In this document: piece after piece, positions 55,025 through 64,000 of the stretch | How the letters are laid out: each line of letters begins with the position of its first letter | How positions within the stretch are numbered: the first letter of the stretch is position 1 | Source of the DNA: a virus | Taxonomy: Duplodnaviria > Caudoviricetes | Length of the DNA stretch: 64,000 nucleotides | IMG/VR virus record: IMGVR_UViG_3300021400_000034 | Location: 128,001 to 192,000 of that record | Reading direction: 5' to 3' (one strand) | Made by a program: the position numbers and the translations under genes | Notes under the pieces: generated by a model | What the model saw: the letters and a program-made list of their open reading frames with translations, nothing else | The model's database searches: none | Told to the model about the DNA's origin: nothing

Positions 55025-55143
55025 ATGTAAAATCTGCTTAACAGACAGAAAAGAAGTTTACAAATGGTGCTAAACGTATTATATTGTCTATATGATGTTA
55101 GCACCGAGAGTATAAATGAACTATAACTCAAGGAAGAGCTGAC

Positions 55144-55440
55144 ATGAACAAGACTATCACGGTCGACACTCTAGATATGGTAAAACTAGACAACGGCTCA
55201 CACAACTGCGTGGCTATCTTCAAAGCAGTCATCAACGACTGCATCAGGATCACCGGAGTGAAGCTGTTCAATGATCCAAGCACAGACAAATGGTGGCTGA
55301 AGTTCCCAGTAAATGAGAGCAATCACAAGAAGTTACCCTTTTTCTCGTTCGTGAATCGCGACGACTACCAGTATCTGCTGGAGTGCGCCATGAACGAATT
55401 TCTAGGTAACTCAGATGAAGAAGAAGCACACATGGGCTAA
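55144..55440 (+). CDS. SpoVG-like protein
   Basis: V.IND..RI.G.KL...W...P pattern. Confidence 0.55.
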   Translation: MNKTITVDTLDMVKLDNGSHNCVAIFKAVINDCIRITGVKLFNDPSTDKWWLKFPVNESNHKKLPFFSFVNRDDYQYLLECAMNEFLGNSDEEEAHMG

Positions 55441-55912
55441 TGCTATCCCAAAGACGAGGCGAGAGAAGGACATCATCCGTATCGCCAAGAACCCGGACGA
55501 GTTCAAGCGCATGAAAGACTTGCTCGAGTCCGCTACCCGCGTAACAGACAATATCAGTAAGTACAACCAAGAGGCGTTCAAGAGCGTCGAGGAGATCCTC
55601 GCTTTTGTCACCTGCAGAATCTCAGACGAGCTCCCGAGAAAGGATGTTCTGATCGAAGAGCTATACAAAATGCAGGAGCGCTATGAAGAACGAATCTTAC
55701 CTGACGAAGGAAGTAGTGAAGATACCACAGTTTGTGGTGGGCGGGGAGTACAAGGACGAACAGGGGAACGAGTACCGAGTTCTGTCGATAACGGGGGACA
55801 TGATGGAGGCGAAGTTCAACTTCGTGAAGAAGCGCTTCAAGATCATTCCGTACGGGTCGGTGATGGGTGCGATGAACAGCGGCAGAGTCTGGTTCAAGAG
55901 CGCCAAGAATGA
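55415..55912 (+). CDS. Hypothetical protein (3' part overlaps next gene)
   Basis: First ~90 codons look coding. Confidence 0.45.
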   Translation: MKKKHTWANAIPKTRREKDIIRIAKNPDEFKRMKDLLESATRVTDNISKYNQEAFKSVEEILAFVTCRISDELPRKDVLIEELYKMQERYEERILPDEGSSEDTTVCGGRGVQGRTGERVPSSVDNGGHDGGEVQLREEALQDHSVRVGDGCDEQRQSLVQERQE

Positions 55913-56102
55913 TCCGAGCCTGATCGAGGCAGACGAGAGCTGCAACATTGTTCCACGCGGAAAGTACAACAAGCTCACCAAGATGACGCCGGAAGAGAAG
56001 AGAGCTTACCGTCGCGAGAGAGCCAGAAAGCGCAGAAGAGCGAGAAGGGCTGCGAAAGCTGCTATAAATAACACAGAACACTCTACAGAGGAGCACAACT
56101 AA
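55683..56102 (+). CDS. Hypothetical protein with Arg-rich C-terminus
   Basis: AGGAG SD. Confidence 0.65.
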   Translation: MKNESYLTKEVVKIPQFVVGGEYKDEQGNEYRVLSITGDMMEAKFNFVKKRFKIIPYGSVMGAMNSGRVWFKSAKNDPSLIEADESCNIVPRGKYNKLTKMTPEEKRAYRRERARKRRRARRAAKAAINNTEHSTEEHN

Positions 56103-56103
56103 T

Positions 56104-57060
56104 ATGGCATTCAGTGATTTTCTACACGATCACGAAATGAAGAAGTCTCGGAGAGCTGAAGAGTTCGAAGTACCCGAGATCGAAGAGAACTATGAGGAAA
56201 CTCCTAGAAGACCCGTACACGAGGTCGAAGAAGACGAAGTTCCGGCCGAGGATCGCAAGATCTTGAACGAAGTAGACTTCTACAAGAGCCGCCTCTATAA
56301 GAAGATCGACTCTTGCTTCCTGCGCTACGGTCTAGAAGGTCTGAAGCGCATCGACGAAGGAATCGCTAACTCGATCGCTAAGTACATCGACAGCCTGAAG
56401 GGAGGAAACCGATTTGAAGAGCGTCAGCCAGTCCGTGAGAGATACACTCCGAACTTCCGTCGTCCTCCTGATCGCGTCAGATACCGCGACGAAGAGCTTG
56501 ACGAGGCTGAAGACGAGATTCCGCCTAAGCCAGCTCCTAAGCCGTTCAAGAAGCCACAGAAGATCGAAGGATCTAACCCGAATCCAGCTCCAGTCAGAAG
56601 ACTTGGCGAGCCAAAGCTAGAGAGCAGCGCATTCAATCCAGATCTTCTCAACGCTATCCTGACAGACGTCATCCCGCCTACCGAGATACACGAGGTCGAA
56701 GTCAAGAGCAACATCCCTCGTCCTGAACAGAGACAGAAGCCAGTCGAAGAGAAGGTAGATTTCGCTCCTATGCCTGAACCGGAGGTCGAAGATGTTCCTC
56801 TCGTAGAGGAACCGACTATCGAAGAATCTGTTGAACAGCCGCAAGAACAGCCAGAGCAGACTTACGACATCGCTGACGAGATGCTCGCTGGAGTTCAGAC
56901 CGAAGATGTAGATCTGTTCGTCCCGCCCGTCATCGAAGAAGACACGCCAGAGACGTTCACGTCAGAAGAAGAGCTTGACGCTCCGATCGTAGAGTCTGAG
57001 ACTCAGACGCCGATCGAGATGCCAGCTCCTCAGCCAAGAAAGAGAAAGAAGAAGAAATGA
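56104..57060 (+). CDS. Acidic Pro/Glu-rich late protein
   Basis: Late promoter 56063, GAGGAG SD. Confidence 0.7.
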   Translation: MAFSDFLHDHEMKKSRRAEEFEVPEIEENYEETPRRPVHEVEEDEVPAEDRKILNEVDFYKSRLYKKIDSCFLRYGLEGLKRIDEGIANSIAKYIDSLKGGNRFEERQPVRERYTPNFRRPPDRVRYRDEELDEAEDEIPPKPAPKPFKKPQKIEGSNPNPAPVRRLGEPKLESSAFNPDLLNAILTDVIPPTEIHEVEVKSNIPRPEQRQKPVEEKVDFAPMPEPEVEDVPLVEEPTIEESVEQPQEQPEQTYDIADEMLAGVQTEDVDLFVPPVIEEDTPETFTSEEELDAPIVESETQTPIEMPAPQPRKRKKKK

Positions 57061-57251
57061 GCACTATCCCGTTAGAAGAGCTAGAGAATCAACCTTTCGT
57101 GCAGGCCCACAAGGACCTGTACAAGGTAGCTCTTGAGCGTGGAAAGTACTCGGACAGAGCCTTCTGGGAGGAAATGGATCCCGAGCAGAAGGAAGCTATC
57201 CAAGAGCAGATGAAAAAGTACGGAACGAAGCCCGTTTGGAGATTGCTGTGA
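57057..57251 (+). CDS. Hypothetical protein
   Basis: Coupled ORF. Confidence 0.55.
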   Translation: MSTIPLEELENQPFVQAHKDLYKVALERGKYSDRAFWEEMDPEQKEAIQEQMKKYGTKPVWRLL

Positions 57252-57793
57252 GCCTAGATATTCTAAATGTCTGTTTTAGGCGCCTAGAAGAGGCCTCTGG
57301 AGGCGACAACAAGCACTTCCTTGAGAAACTACAGCGTAACTGCAAAATGGCCGTAGCGGCTCTAGAATCAGACAATGTGATCGCCGAGGCACAGTCGTCT
57401 GTGAAGACCCTGAAGGCGATGAACAAGAAGATCTCCATGTCGACGCACCTCAGAACGATCGACAACATTCTAGTCTACGTCTTCTTGAAGAATCTCATGA
57501 CTGCTCCGTCCACGACGAAAGCCTACAAGCTGGGTCTGATCGACAAGGAAGGAAACCTGCTCCGTGAGCCGAAGACGCAAGAAGAGAATGACTGCATATC
57601 GAACCTAGACCTGTTCATCGGAAAGCTCAGAACCTGGCTAAGACCTTACATGTCCCGTCTGTCGAAGATGGCATGGGTCAAGAGCATGGACGCATCCTAT
57701 CGCGTCCAGAACGCGCTCGGAAACGCCGAGTCGCTATCCAAGAGAGCCACAGTGCTACGCGTCAACGACGAACTAGACAAGCTGCTGAAATGA
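57236..57793 (+). CDS. T4 gp30.3-like protein
   Basis: T.AYKLGLID..GN.L..P.T pattern; start uncertain. Confidence 0.5.
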   Translation: MEIAVSLDILNVCFRRLEEASGGDNKHFLEKLQRNCKMAVAALESDNVIAEAQSSVKTLKAMNKKISMSTHLRTIDNILVYVFLKNLMTAPSTTKAYKLGLIDKEGNLLREPKTQEENDCISNLDLFIGKLRTWLRPYMSRLSKMAWVKSMDASYRVQNALGNAESLSKRATVLRVNDELDKLLK

Positions 57794-58014
57794 GTTGCCC
57801 AGTCTGCGACAGAGCTTTCAAGCAATACGGCTTCTCCCTGAAGCCAGGTCTCAAGTGCTACACTGGAACCGCTCAAGCTTGCTGTCCGAAGAAGGTCATC
57901 GTCACTTCGTTCAGCGCGAGTGAAGTGAAGTTCACGACTAAGGACGGCGTCGAGCACTCAAAGCCGTTCATCGAGTTCATGAAGTCGTCTTGGATAGATA
58001 GAACTTCGCTATAA
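57790..58014 (+). CDS. Small Cys-rich protein
   Basis: MSCPVC...CC. Confidence 0.55.
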   Translation: MSCPVCDRAFKQYGFSLKPGLKCYTGTAQACCPKKVIVTSFSASEVKFTTKDGVEHSKPFIEFMKSSWIDRTSL

Positions 58015-58053
58015 TTTTCTATATTGTCTCTGAACTGAATTCAGGAGATCAAT

Positions 58054-59910
58054 ATGGATCTTAACTTTGTATTGTTAACAAAATGTTACGATAAGTACGA
58101 CCTTCAGTACTGGCTGGAGTACCATCACAAGAGATTCACAGACGCTAGATTCACGATAGTCGACAACGAGTCGATCGTAGACGTCCGCAGAGTCGCTGAC
58201 AGTGTTCTAGGTCCAGAAAAATACAGATATCTTCGCATCAACGGATTTCCAAACCAGAAGAAACTCTATGCTGACTTGATGAACGACCAGTATGGTCACA
58301 TCTTCTGGCACGGCGAGGTCGTCGCATTCTTCGACGATGACGAGTACTTCTACCTGCATGACCCTAACGCTGACGACAAGGACTTCGACTACGAGGAAGT
58401 CCTAGAGAAAGCTTTCGAGTACGAGAAGGATTATGAAGGATGGGACTGGACGAAGTATGACACTCTCTGCATTCCTCACATAAACATGTCGAGCAATCCG
58501 CTCTTAGACGACCGCAACACTTCTGCAAGCATGCCGTTCATTCTCACTAACCGCAGAGATGACAAGACAGCTACGGTCAAGTGCCTAGTCAGATACGATT
58601 CGTCCAACGAGTACGAGTGGAAGGTTCAGGAAGGAGTCGATGAAGCTGGTCACGTCCCGTTCGTCAACGGAAAGAGAAACGCTGCAGTCTTCACGGCATG
58701 GTATGACAAGAAGAAAGGACAGGTCGTCGCTCAGTCGTGGCCGCTAGGAAACACTTCGTTCGCAGAAGTCGACTACAACAGCAACGTCCGTCTCTACCAC
58801 TATCATCTCAAGTCTAGATGGGACTGGGACCAGAAGATCAAGCGCGGCTCTTGCTCTAGCCTGATTCCTTGGTACTCTGACAAGATCGAAGAGAACTGCT
58901 TCTACGACCACTACGACATCGTCGACAACAGCATGTGCGTCGAGTTCAACAGATTCGTCAATCCCGATGTCGTAGAGACGTTCCACGAAGTCTGGAATCC
59001 TATTGAAGAGAACGAGACGACTAAGAGACGTGATGCGCACGATCCGGAGTGGGACAAGATGCCTCACAAGATCAACTACGAGGACATCCGCTTCGCTAAG
59101 TCGTTCGAACAGAAGAGAAAGATGGGTGAGTTGTGGATCACACAGAACTGCCCGACCATAGACCTTGCATGTCCAGGATCTAACTTAGCGAACCAGATCA
59201 ACTACTGGAAGCTGAACGACATGAACCCGAAGAAAGTTCTCTGGGCTGACAAGTGCGCAGTCTACAAAGAGCTCTACGATCTAGGCCTAGAGAACATCAG
59301 AATTCCTATCCTGTACGAGAAGTACAAGCCGTCTGACAGCGACATCCGAGAGGTGATCGACTGCCTCTGCGTCAGAAACGACTGTATTCTCAAGTGCAAC
59401 CACGCGTCTGGGTACAACATCAGATTCAACGCTCTCGAAGGAGTAAACACAGACTTCCTTGTGAAGAAGATCCGCACCTGGCTAGACACTAACTACGCTT
59501 ACATAGCTGGGTACGAGTGGCACTATGAGCCGATCGTTCCAGCTATTCTCGTCCAGCCGTCTCTGACACGCAAGGACGTCGTCCCTATCGACTACCAGTT
59601 CTACTGCGTAGAAGGTAAGATCGTCGCTATCGAGATTCAACGCAAGGTCAGCAAGGTCCTCATCGAGCACCTCGCATTCACCGACGAAGATGGAAACGAT
59701 CTGGACTGGTGCTTGGGCAGCTGGCCTCTCCAGCACGGACTAGGAAAAGAACAGAAGGAAGCCGTCGAAGCGATGAAGCCAGTCGTGAAGAAGATAGCGT
59801 CTCAGTTCACGTTCGTTCGAGTCGACCTGTTCTGGATCAACAAGCGCATCTACTTCTGCGAGACCACGTTCTGTCCTTCATCCGGAGTTCTCGACTATCA
59901 AGAACGGTGA
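58054..59910 (+). CDS. Glycosyltransferase (GT-A) fused to TupA-like ATP-grasp
   Basis: WLEYH, DNES, DDDEY, HYH.KS; ADK..V, LKCNH.SG, DY.FYC, VRVDL, E.TF.P.SG. Confidence 0.75.
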   Translation: MDLNFVLLTKCYDKYDLQYWLEYHHKRFTDARFTIVDNESIVDVRRVADSVLGPEKYRYLRINGFPNQKKLYADLMNDQYGHIFWHGEVVAFFDDDEYFYLHDPNADDKDFDYEEVLEKAFEYEKDYEGWDWTKYDTLCIPHINMSSNPLLDDRNTSASMPFILTNRRDDKTATVKCLVRYDSSNEYEWKVQEGVDEAGHVPFVNGKRNAAVFTAWYDKKKGQVVAQSWPLGNTSFAEVDYNSNVRLYHYHLKSRWDWDQKIKRGSCSSLIPWYSDKIEENCFYDHYDIVDNSMCVEFNRFVNPDVVETFHEVWNPIEENETTKRRDAHDPEWDKMPHKINYEDIRFAKSFEQKRKMGELWITQNCPTIDLACPGSNLANQINYWKLNDMNPKKVLWADKCAVYKELYDLGLENIRIPILYEKYKPSDSDIREVIDCLCVRNDCILKCNHASGYNIRFNALEGVNTDFLVKKIRTWLDTNYAYIAGYEWHYEPIVPAILVQPSLTRKDVVPIDYQFYCVEGKIVAIEIQRKVSKVLIEHLAFTDEDGNDLDWCLGSWPLQHGLGKEQKEAVEAMKPVVKKIASQFTFVRVDLFWINKRIYFCETTFCPSSGVLDYQER

Positions 59911-59920
59911 TAAATAATGT

Positions 59921-60715
59921 ATGCTAGACAGTAGATTCATATACGACGTAGACGCGACGACGCTTCCGCTCTCTAGGGATCTCTTGAAGTCCTGCATAGA
60001 CAGCAAGCCGATTTTCTCGTTCGTGCTGTGCAAGTATGAGAACCTGATTACGACGATCAACACTATCAACCGTTCGCCAGAGATCTCTGGAACGCTGAAC
60101 GGCAATGTCTTGTTCGACACGATCAACAGCCCGGAGACGAGCTATGACTGTGTCATCAAGATCGAGGGTCTGAAGTCTACCGAGGACAACTACCTCAACA
60201 ATGTGCTACGCTCTAACGAGAACTGCACTTGGACGGACTTCAAGACATACTCGAGCATGCTCAGATCCGAGATCAAGGGCATGAAAGAGACCGTGTTCAA
60301 GAAGGCTCTCTGGAACAAGGACAACATCGACTCCTGGTTCGACAGCTCGACGATGCAGCTTCCAGACAGCGTCCGAGATGGACTCGCGAACGACTGGAAC
60401 GTCTTCAAGGCGACAGTCATCAGATCTAAAGACCTAGATGCTTTCGTCTCGGCATGCTCAGACGACGCTAAGAACCAGTACATCAGCTTGATCTACAAGA
60501 ACGCGAAGAATCTGCTCGACCGCTACAAGGTCGAGCTCATGGCGCACGTCCAGCAGCAGAACAAGAACGACGAGAACGTGACTATCTCTAAGCCCGTCGT
60601 ATCGAAGATATACATAATGTCAAACAACTACGCAAGATGTCAGAAGGAGTGGCCGACTCTCAGAGTCGCTCCGCTGAACAAGAAGAACTTAGAAACACTG
60701 GGGCTGTATCTGTGA
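59921..60715 (+). CDS. Hypothetical late protein
   Basis: GATAAATA upstream. Confidence 0.65.
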   Translation: MLDSRFIYDVDATTLPLSRDLLKSCIDSKPIFSFVLCKYENLITTINTINRSPEISGTLNGNVLFDTINSPETSYDCVIKIEGLKSTEDNYLNNVLRSNENCTWTDFKTYSSMLRSEIKGMKETVFKKALWNKDNIDSWFDSSTMQLPDSVRDGLANDWNVFKATVIRSKDLDAFVSACSDDAKNQYISLIYKNAKNLLDRYKVELMAHVQQQNKNDENVTISKPVVSKIYIMSNNYARCQKEWPTLRVAPLNKKNLETLGLYL

Positions 60716-61413
60716 TCAAGACTTTCGTTCCAACTAAAGATCCTAAACCGTATGACGAGAAGCGTGACATCACCTACCTCGATAACTCCTATGGCGACTC
60801 GATGTGCAAGAAGTACAACAGAGCCATCGACATGCTCGGAGACTATCAGGGCTGGGTCTGCTTCATTCACGACGACGCTGAGATCAGAACACCTGACGAC
60901 ATCGTCGAAGCTAGACTGAGACAAGCTTACGAGAAAGGACAGCTCATCGCTGGAGTCATCGGCACTTTCAACTTAGACTACACGATGCACTGGTGGTACC
61001 CAGACAGGGGCGTCAACGGCGCAGGCTACATTCTCCAGAAGGTTCTGGGTCCAGACAAGAAGCCAGTAGTGCCAGAGAAGTGCTACGAGATGAAGGACTG
61101 GCCAGGATTCCACGACGGACTCGCTACAGTGGACGGATGCTGCATGTGGATCCACACAGACGCTTTCAAGAAGATCCGTTTCGACGAGAATCTTCTCAGC
61201 TACCACTTCTACGACGTCGACATCTGTCTCCAAGCGCTCAGAAATAAGATGGGCGTCTGCGTCATTCCGGTCGTAGTCGTTCACGCGTCTCCTGGAGAGC
61301 TTCCGAAGAACATAGGGGAGCTTAGAGCCTACGTCTTCGACAAGTGGTCAAACATCGTAAACACGTTCCCTATCAACAAGTATAGCTTATTCAAGAAAGA
61401 GGAAGAGAAATGA
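60712..61413 (+). CDS. Glycosyltransferase family 2-like
   Basis: YN.AI, FIHDD, GVIG, VDG, FDE..YHFYD.D.CL. Confidence 0.75.
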   Translation: MIKTFVPTKDPKPYDEKRDITYLDNSYGDSMCKKYNRAIDMLGDYQGWVCFIHDDAEIRTPDDIVEARLRQAYEKGQLIAGVIGTFNLDYTMHWWYPDRGVNGAGYILQKVLGPDKKPVVPEKCYEMKDWPGFHDGLATVDGCCMWIHTDAFKKIRFDENLLSYHFYDVDICLQALRNKMGVCVIPVVVVHASPGELPKNIGELRAYVFDKWSNIVNTFPINKYSLFKKEEEK

Positions 61414-61994
61414 CTTTCGACAACTTCGACAAGATGGCTAGAATCAAAGATGAGCTGGGAAAGAACTATCTGAAGAAGCTCGGTCTAGATTCTGACCTAG
61501 AAGACACTGCACCAGCTTACGAGGTAGCGGATGAAGTCGTCCGTGCGTTCGAGTTCGCATACCCTGGAAAATACGCTAAGATGGAAGAAGAAATCAAGAA
61601 AGAGTATGAGGCTAGCTTAGATCCGACGATGTCGAGAGAAGAGACGATCGAGGATCTGATGAGCAAAGTCAGCGATGACGACATGGCTGACATCTACATG
61701 GACGACTACAAGTATGGCCGAAGCCCTAGGAGCAGAGAGTTCCGCTGCTGTCAGGAAGTCATTCTGAACACTCTGTTCGAGAAGAAGTTCAAGAACCTGG
61801 GCGAGATGATCGGAGCTCTCAGAAGCGCTCCTGGCAGCTACATAGGTCCTTACAACTACAAGAGGCTTCTGAACCACATCACGTTCGCGGTAAAGAGCCG
61901 CATCATTCAGTACTACCTCACTAGAAGACGCATCGCTCAGAGCGGAAAGAGGTTCTACTACGTGGATCCGTCGAGATTCCAGAGAGGCAGATAG
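61410..61994 (+). CDS. Hypothetical protein
   Basis: ORF. Confidence 0.65.
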   Translation: MTFDNFDKMARIKDELGKNYLKKLGLDSDLEDTAPAYEVADEVVRAFEFAYPGKYAKMEEEIKKEYEASLDPTMSREETIEDLMSKVSDDDMADIYMDDYKYGRSPRSREFRCCQEVILNTLFEKKFKNLGEMIGALRSAPGSYIGPYNYKRLLNHITFAVKSRIIQYYLTRRRIAQSGKRFYYVDPSRFQRGR

Positions 61995-62002
61995 GAGGAG
62001 AG

Positions 62003-62470
62003 ATGAAGAGATTTCTGAAGTTCGTAGACGAGTCAAACGTAATCAGCGAGAAAGAGACGCTGACTCAGCTCAGGGACAACTTCACTAAGGTGTTCCCTTA
62101 CTCTGACTACAAGAACTTGAAGATTCTCAACTCCACTAGCAAGGGCAAAGACACCCTTACTCTCGTCTGCCGTGGCACCGTCCAGTCATCTACGCTGGCG
62201 CACAACTACACCGTTCTCTGCCAGTTCCACAGAAAGACCTTGGAAGATCCGTGGGATCTGAACGCTATGGTCGAGATCAAGTGCACCTGCAACGCGTTCC
62301 GCTTCAACGTGGCTTACCCGCTGTTCAAGAACAAGAACTACGCAGGAACTGTTCCGGGAAACTCGAGGATTCCTAACAGGGTCCAGAACGCCCAGCAGGT
62401 CCCGACATTCTGCAAGCACATCTACGCTTATCTGCGATACCTGATTCAGCAGAAAGTCATAACTATGTAG
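62003..62470 (+). CDS. SWIM zinc-finger protein
   Basis: CTC..F...CKH. Confidence 0.7.
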   Translation: MKRFLKFVDESNVISEKETLTQLRDNFTKVFPYSDYKNLKILNSTSKGKDTLTLVCRGTVQSSTLAHNYTVLCQFHRKTLEDPWDLNAMVEIKCTCNAFRFNVAYPLFKNKNYAGTVPGNSRIPNRVQNAQQVPTFCKHIYAYLRYLIQQKVITM

Positions 62471-62491
62471 AAATTTCTAAATTTAAACTGT

Positions 62492-63982
62492 ATGAGCAAG
62501 AAGAGCAAATTTCTAAAGACCGAAGAGCCGGTTCAAGAGGAATCGGTTGAACAAGATCTCTCGAACGTACTAGAGTTCAACATCAAAGAATACGGCATGT
62601 CCGTGATCGAGGACCGCATGATCCCATCGATTCGCGACGGACTCAAGCCTTCTCAGCGCAGACTTCTCAAGGCTATGTATGACCTGAAGGCTTGGTCGAC
62701 TTCTCCTACTGTGAAGTCCGCTAGAGTCACTGGTGACTGCATGGGAAAGTATCACCCGCACTCTGAAGCCTATGGCGCACTGGGCGGTCTAGTCAACCAG
62801 ACGTACAGTCTCGTTCAAGGACAGGGAAACTGGGGCAGCCTAGACGACGAGCCAGCTGCCGCGAGATACACCGAGTGCCGATTCAGCAAGCTCGGACAGA
62901 GGTGCTTCGAGAACTACGAAGTCGCCGACGAAGTTCCTAACTTCTCTGGCGAGTACATGGAGCCTATCGACATTCCGATGGACTTCCCTCTGTTCTTCGT
63001 CAACGGCGGAAAAGGCATCGGAGTCGCAGTCCGTCTAGAGACTCCAGACCACAACCTGCAAGAGATCGTAGAAGCGATGAAGATCGTTCTGAAGAAAGGC
63101 GACAAGACTAAGATGAGCGATCTGTTCAAAGTTTTCCACGGTCCGGACTCTGTCTATGGCGGAAAGCTGCTCACCAGCGAAGAAGAGCTGAAGACGATCT
63201 ACGAGACAGGATCTGGAAAGATCACTTACGAGTGCGACTACGAGATAGCACAGCAAGGACGCAACAAGTTCCTTCTCACAGTGACTGGGTACTGTCCAGA
63301 GTTCAAGCCGTCTACGTTCCAGAACGAGATGATCAAGCTCATGGCCGACAAGAACGACAGGAGCATTCTGAACGCCAACGACGCTTCGACGAAAGACAAC
63401 AAGTGCAACTTCCAGGTTCTCTACGAAGGCGAAGACACTTTCGAGAAGAAGATCCACAAGCATCTCATCAAGACGCAGAACGTGCAGTACTATGCGCTAG
63501 ACCGTCGAAAGAGCGCTAACCCTCAGCTGAGAGACATCGACACCGTTCTCCTGAAGAAGTCCTTCATCGAGTACATGCAGATCTGGCTAGACTGGCGCAG
63601 AGAGCAAGAGACTAAGCTTCTCTCCATTCGCGCTAAAGAGATAGACGACCGCATGTTCCACGTCGAGTGCCGCATGGACGCTGCAGAGAACGTGAAGATC
63701 ATTCAGGCTGCGCTAGCTGCTGACGACGCAGTATCGCACCTGATGAAGAACATGCCTTACCTCATGGGACACCAGAGAGCCAAAGAAGGCGCTGAGTACA
63801 TCCTCGATCTGAAGATCGGATCCATCAAGAAGACTGACATGCAGAAGATGCGCCTAGAGTTCGGCGAGCTCGATCAAGAGCTGCAGCGCATCAAGAAGGA
63901 CATGAGCGACATAGACAAGGTCGTTGCTAGAAAGCTCGACTCGCTAAAAGAGTTCTTCAAGCCCCGCATGCTGAAGTACTAA
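62492..63982 (+). CDS. Type II topoisomerase A subunit (GyrA/ParC-like, no CTD)
   Basis: R.IP..RDGLKP.QRR, KSAR, YHPH, GQGN.GS, AA.RYTE. Confidence 0.92.
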   Translation: MSKKSKFLKTEEPVQEESVEQDLSNVLEFNIKEYGMSVIEDRMIPSIRDGLKPSQRRLLKAMYDLKAWSTSPTVKSARVTGDCMGKYHPHSEAYGALGGLVNQTYSLVQGQGNWGSLDDEPAAARYTECRFSKLGQRCFENYEVADEVPNFSGEYMEPIDIPMDFPLFFVNGGKGIGVAVRLETPDHNLQEIVEAMKIVLKKGDKTKMSDLFKVFHGPDSVYGGKLLTSEEELKTIYETGSGKITYECDYEIAQQGRNKFLLTVTGYCPEFKPSTFQNEMIKLMADKNDRSILNANDASTKDNKCNFQVLYEGEDTFEKKIHKHLIKTQNVQYYALDRRKSANPQLRDIDTVLLKKSFIEYMQIWLDWRREQETKLLSIRAKEIDDRMFHVECRMDAAENVKIIQAALAADDAVSHLMKNMPYLMGHQRAKEGAEYILDLKIGSIKKTDMQKMRLEFGELDQELQRIKKDMSDIDKVVARKLDSLKEFFKPRMLKY

Positions 63983-64000
63983 CAAACAAGCATCCCTTAC

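Noticed and set aside
55415-56102. Programmed frameshift between overlapping ORFs 55415 and 55683
   Set aside because: No slippery site seen and the downstream ORF has its own SD; more likely a lost stop codon

Overview
A 64-kb segment of a large T4-like (Tevenvirinae/Straboviridae-type core genes) bacteriophage genome, almost all on the + strand. It contains: (i) a cytosine-modification/nucleotide module (dCMP hydroxymethylase-type thymidylate-synthase homolog, dNMP kinase, all-alpha dCTP/dUTPase); (ii) a ~9.4-kb RNA operon (3497-12915) with ~35 tRNA/tRNA-like genes covering all 20 amino acids, two homing endonucleases and several large unknown structured RNAs; (iii) accessory genes in early-promoter cassettes, including a physically split NAD-dependent DNA ligase and a fragmented RM-like island; (iv) T4 core genes (gp45, gp44, gp62, topo II, gp17 N-half with a split intein, UvsX, gp41, gp32, gp61, gp4, gp20). 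The standout is a family of 14 non-coding elements interleaved with the tRNAs. Each is closed by a conserved terminal stem (usually AGAT...ATCT) followed by AC(A/T/C)GCAA and carries a different tRNA-derived payload: circularly permuted tRNAs opened at different positions, isolated anticodon stem-loops, partial tRNAs or tRNAs with a shrunken anticodon loop. The operon is bracketed by a 14-nt leader/trailer complementarity 7.5-9.3 kb apart and is preceded by a leader-peptide attenuator-like structure. All structures and coordinates were read by eye; no database search was run.
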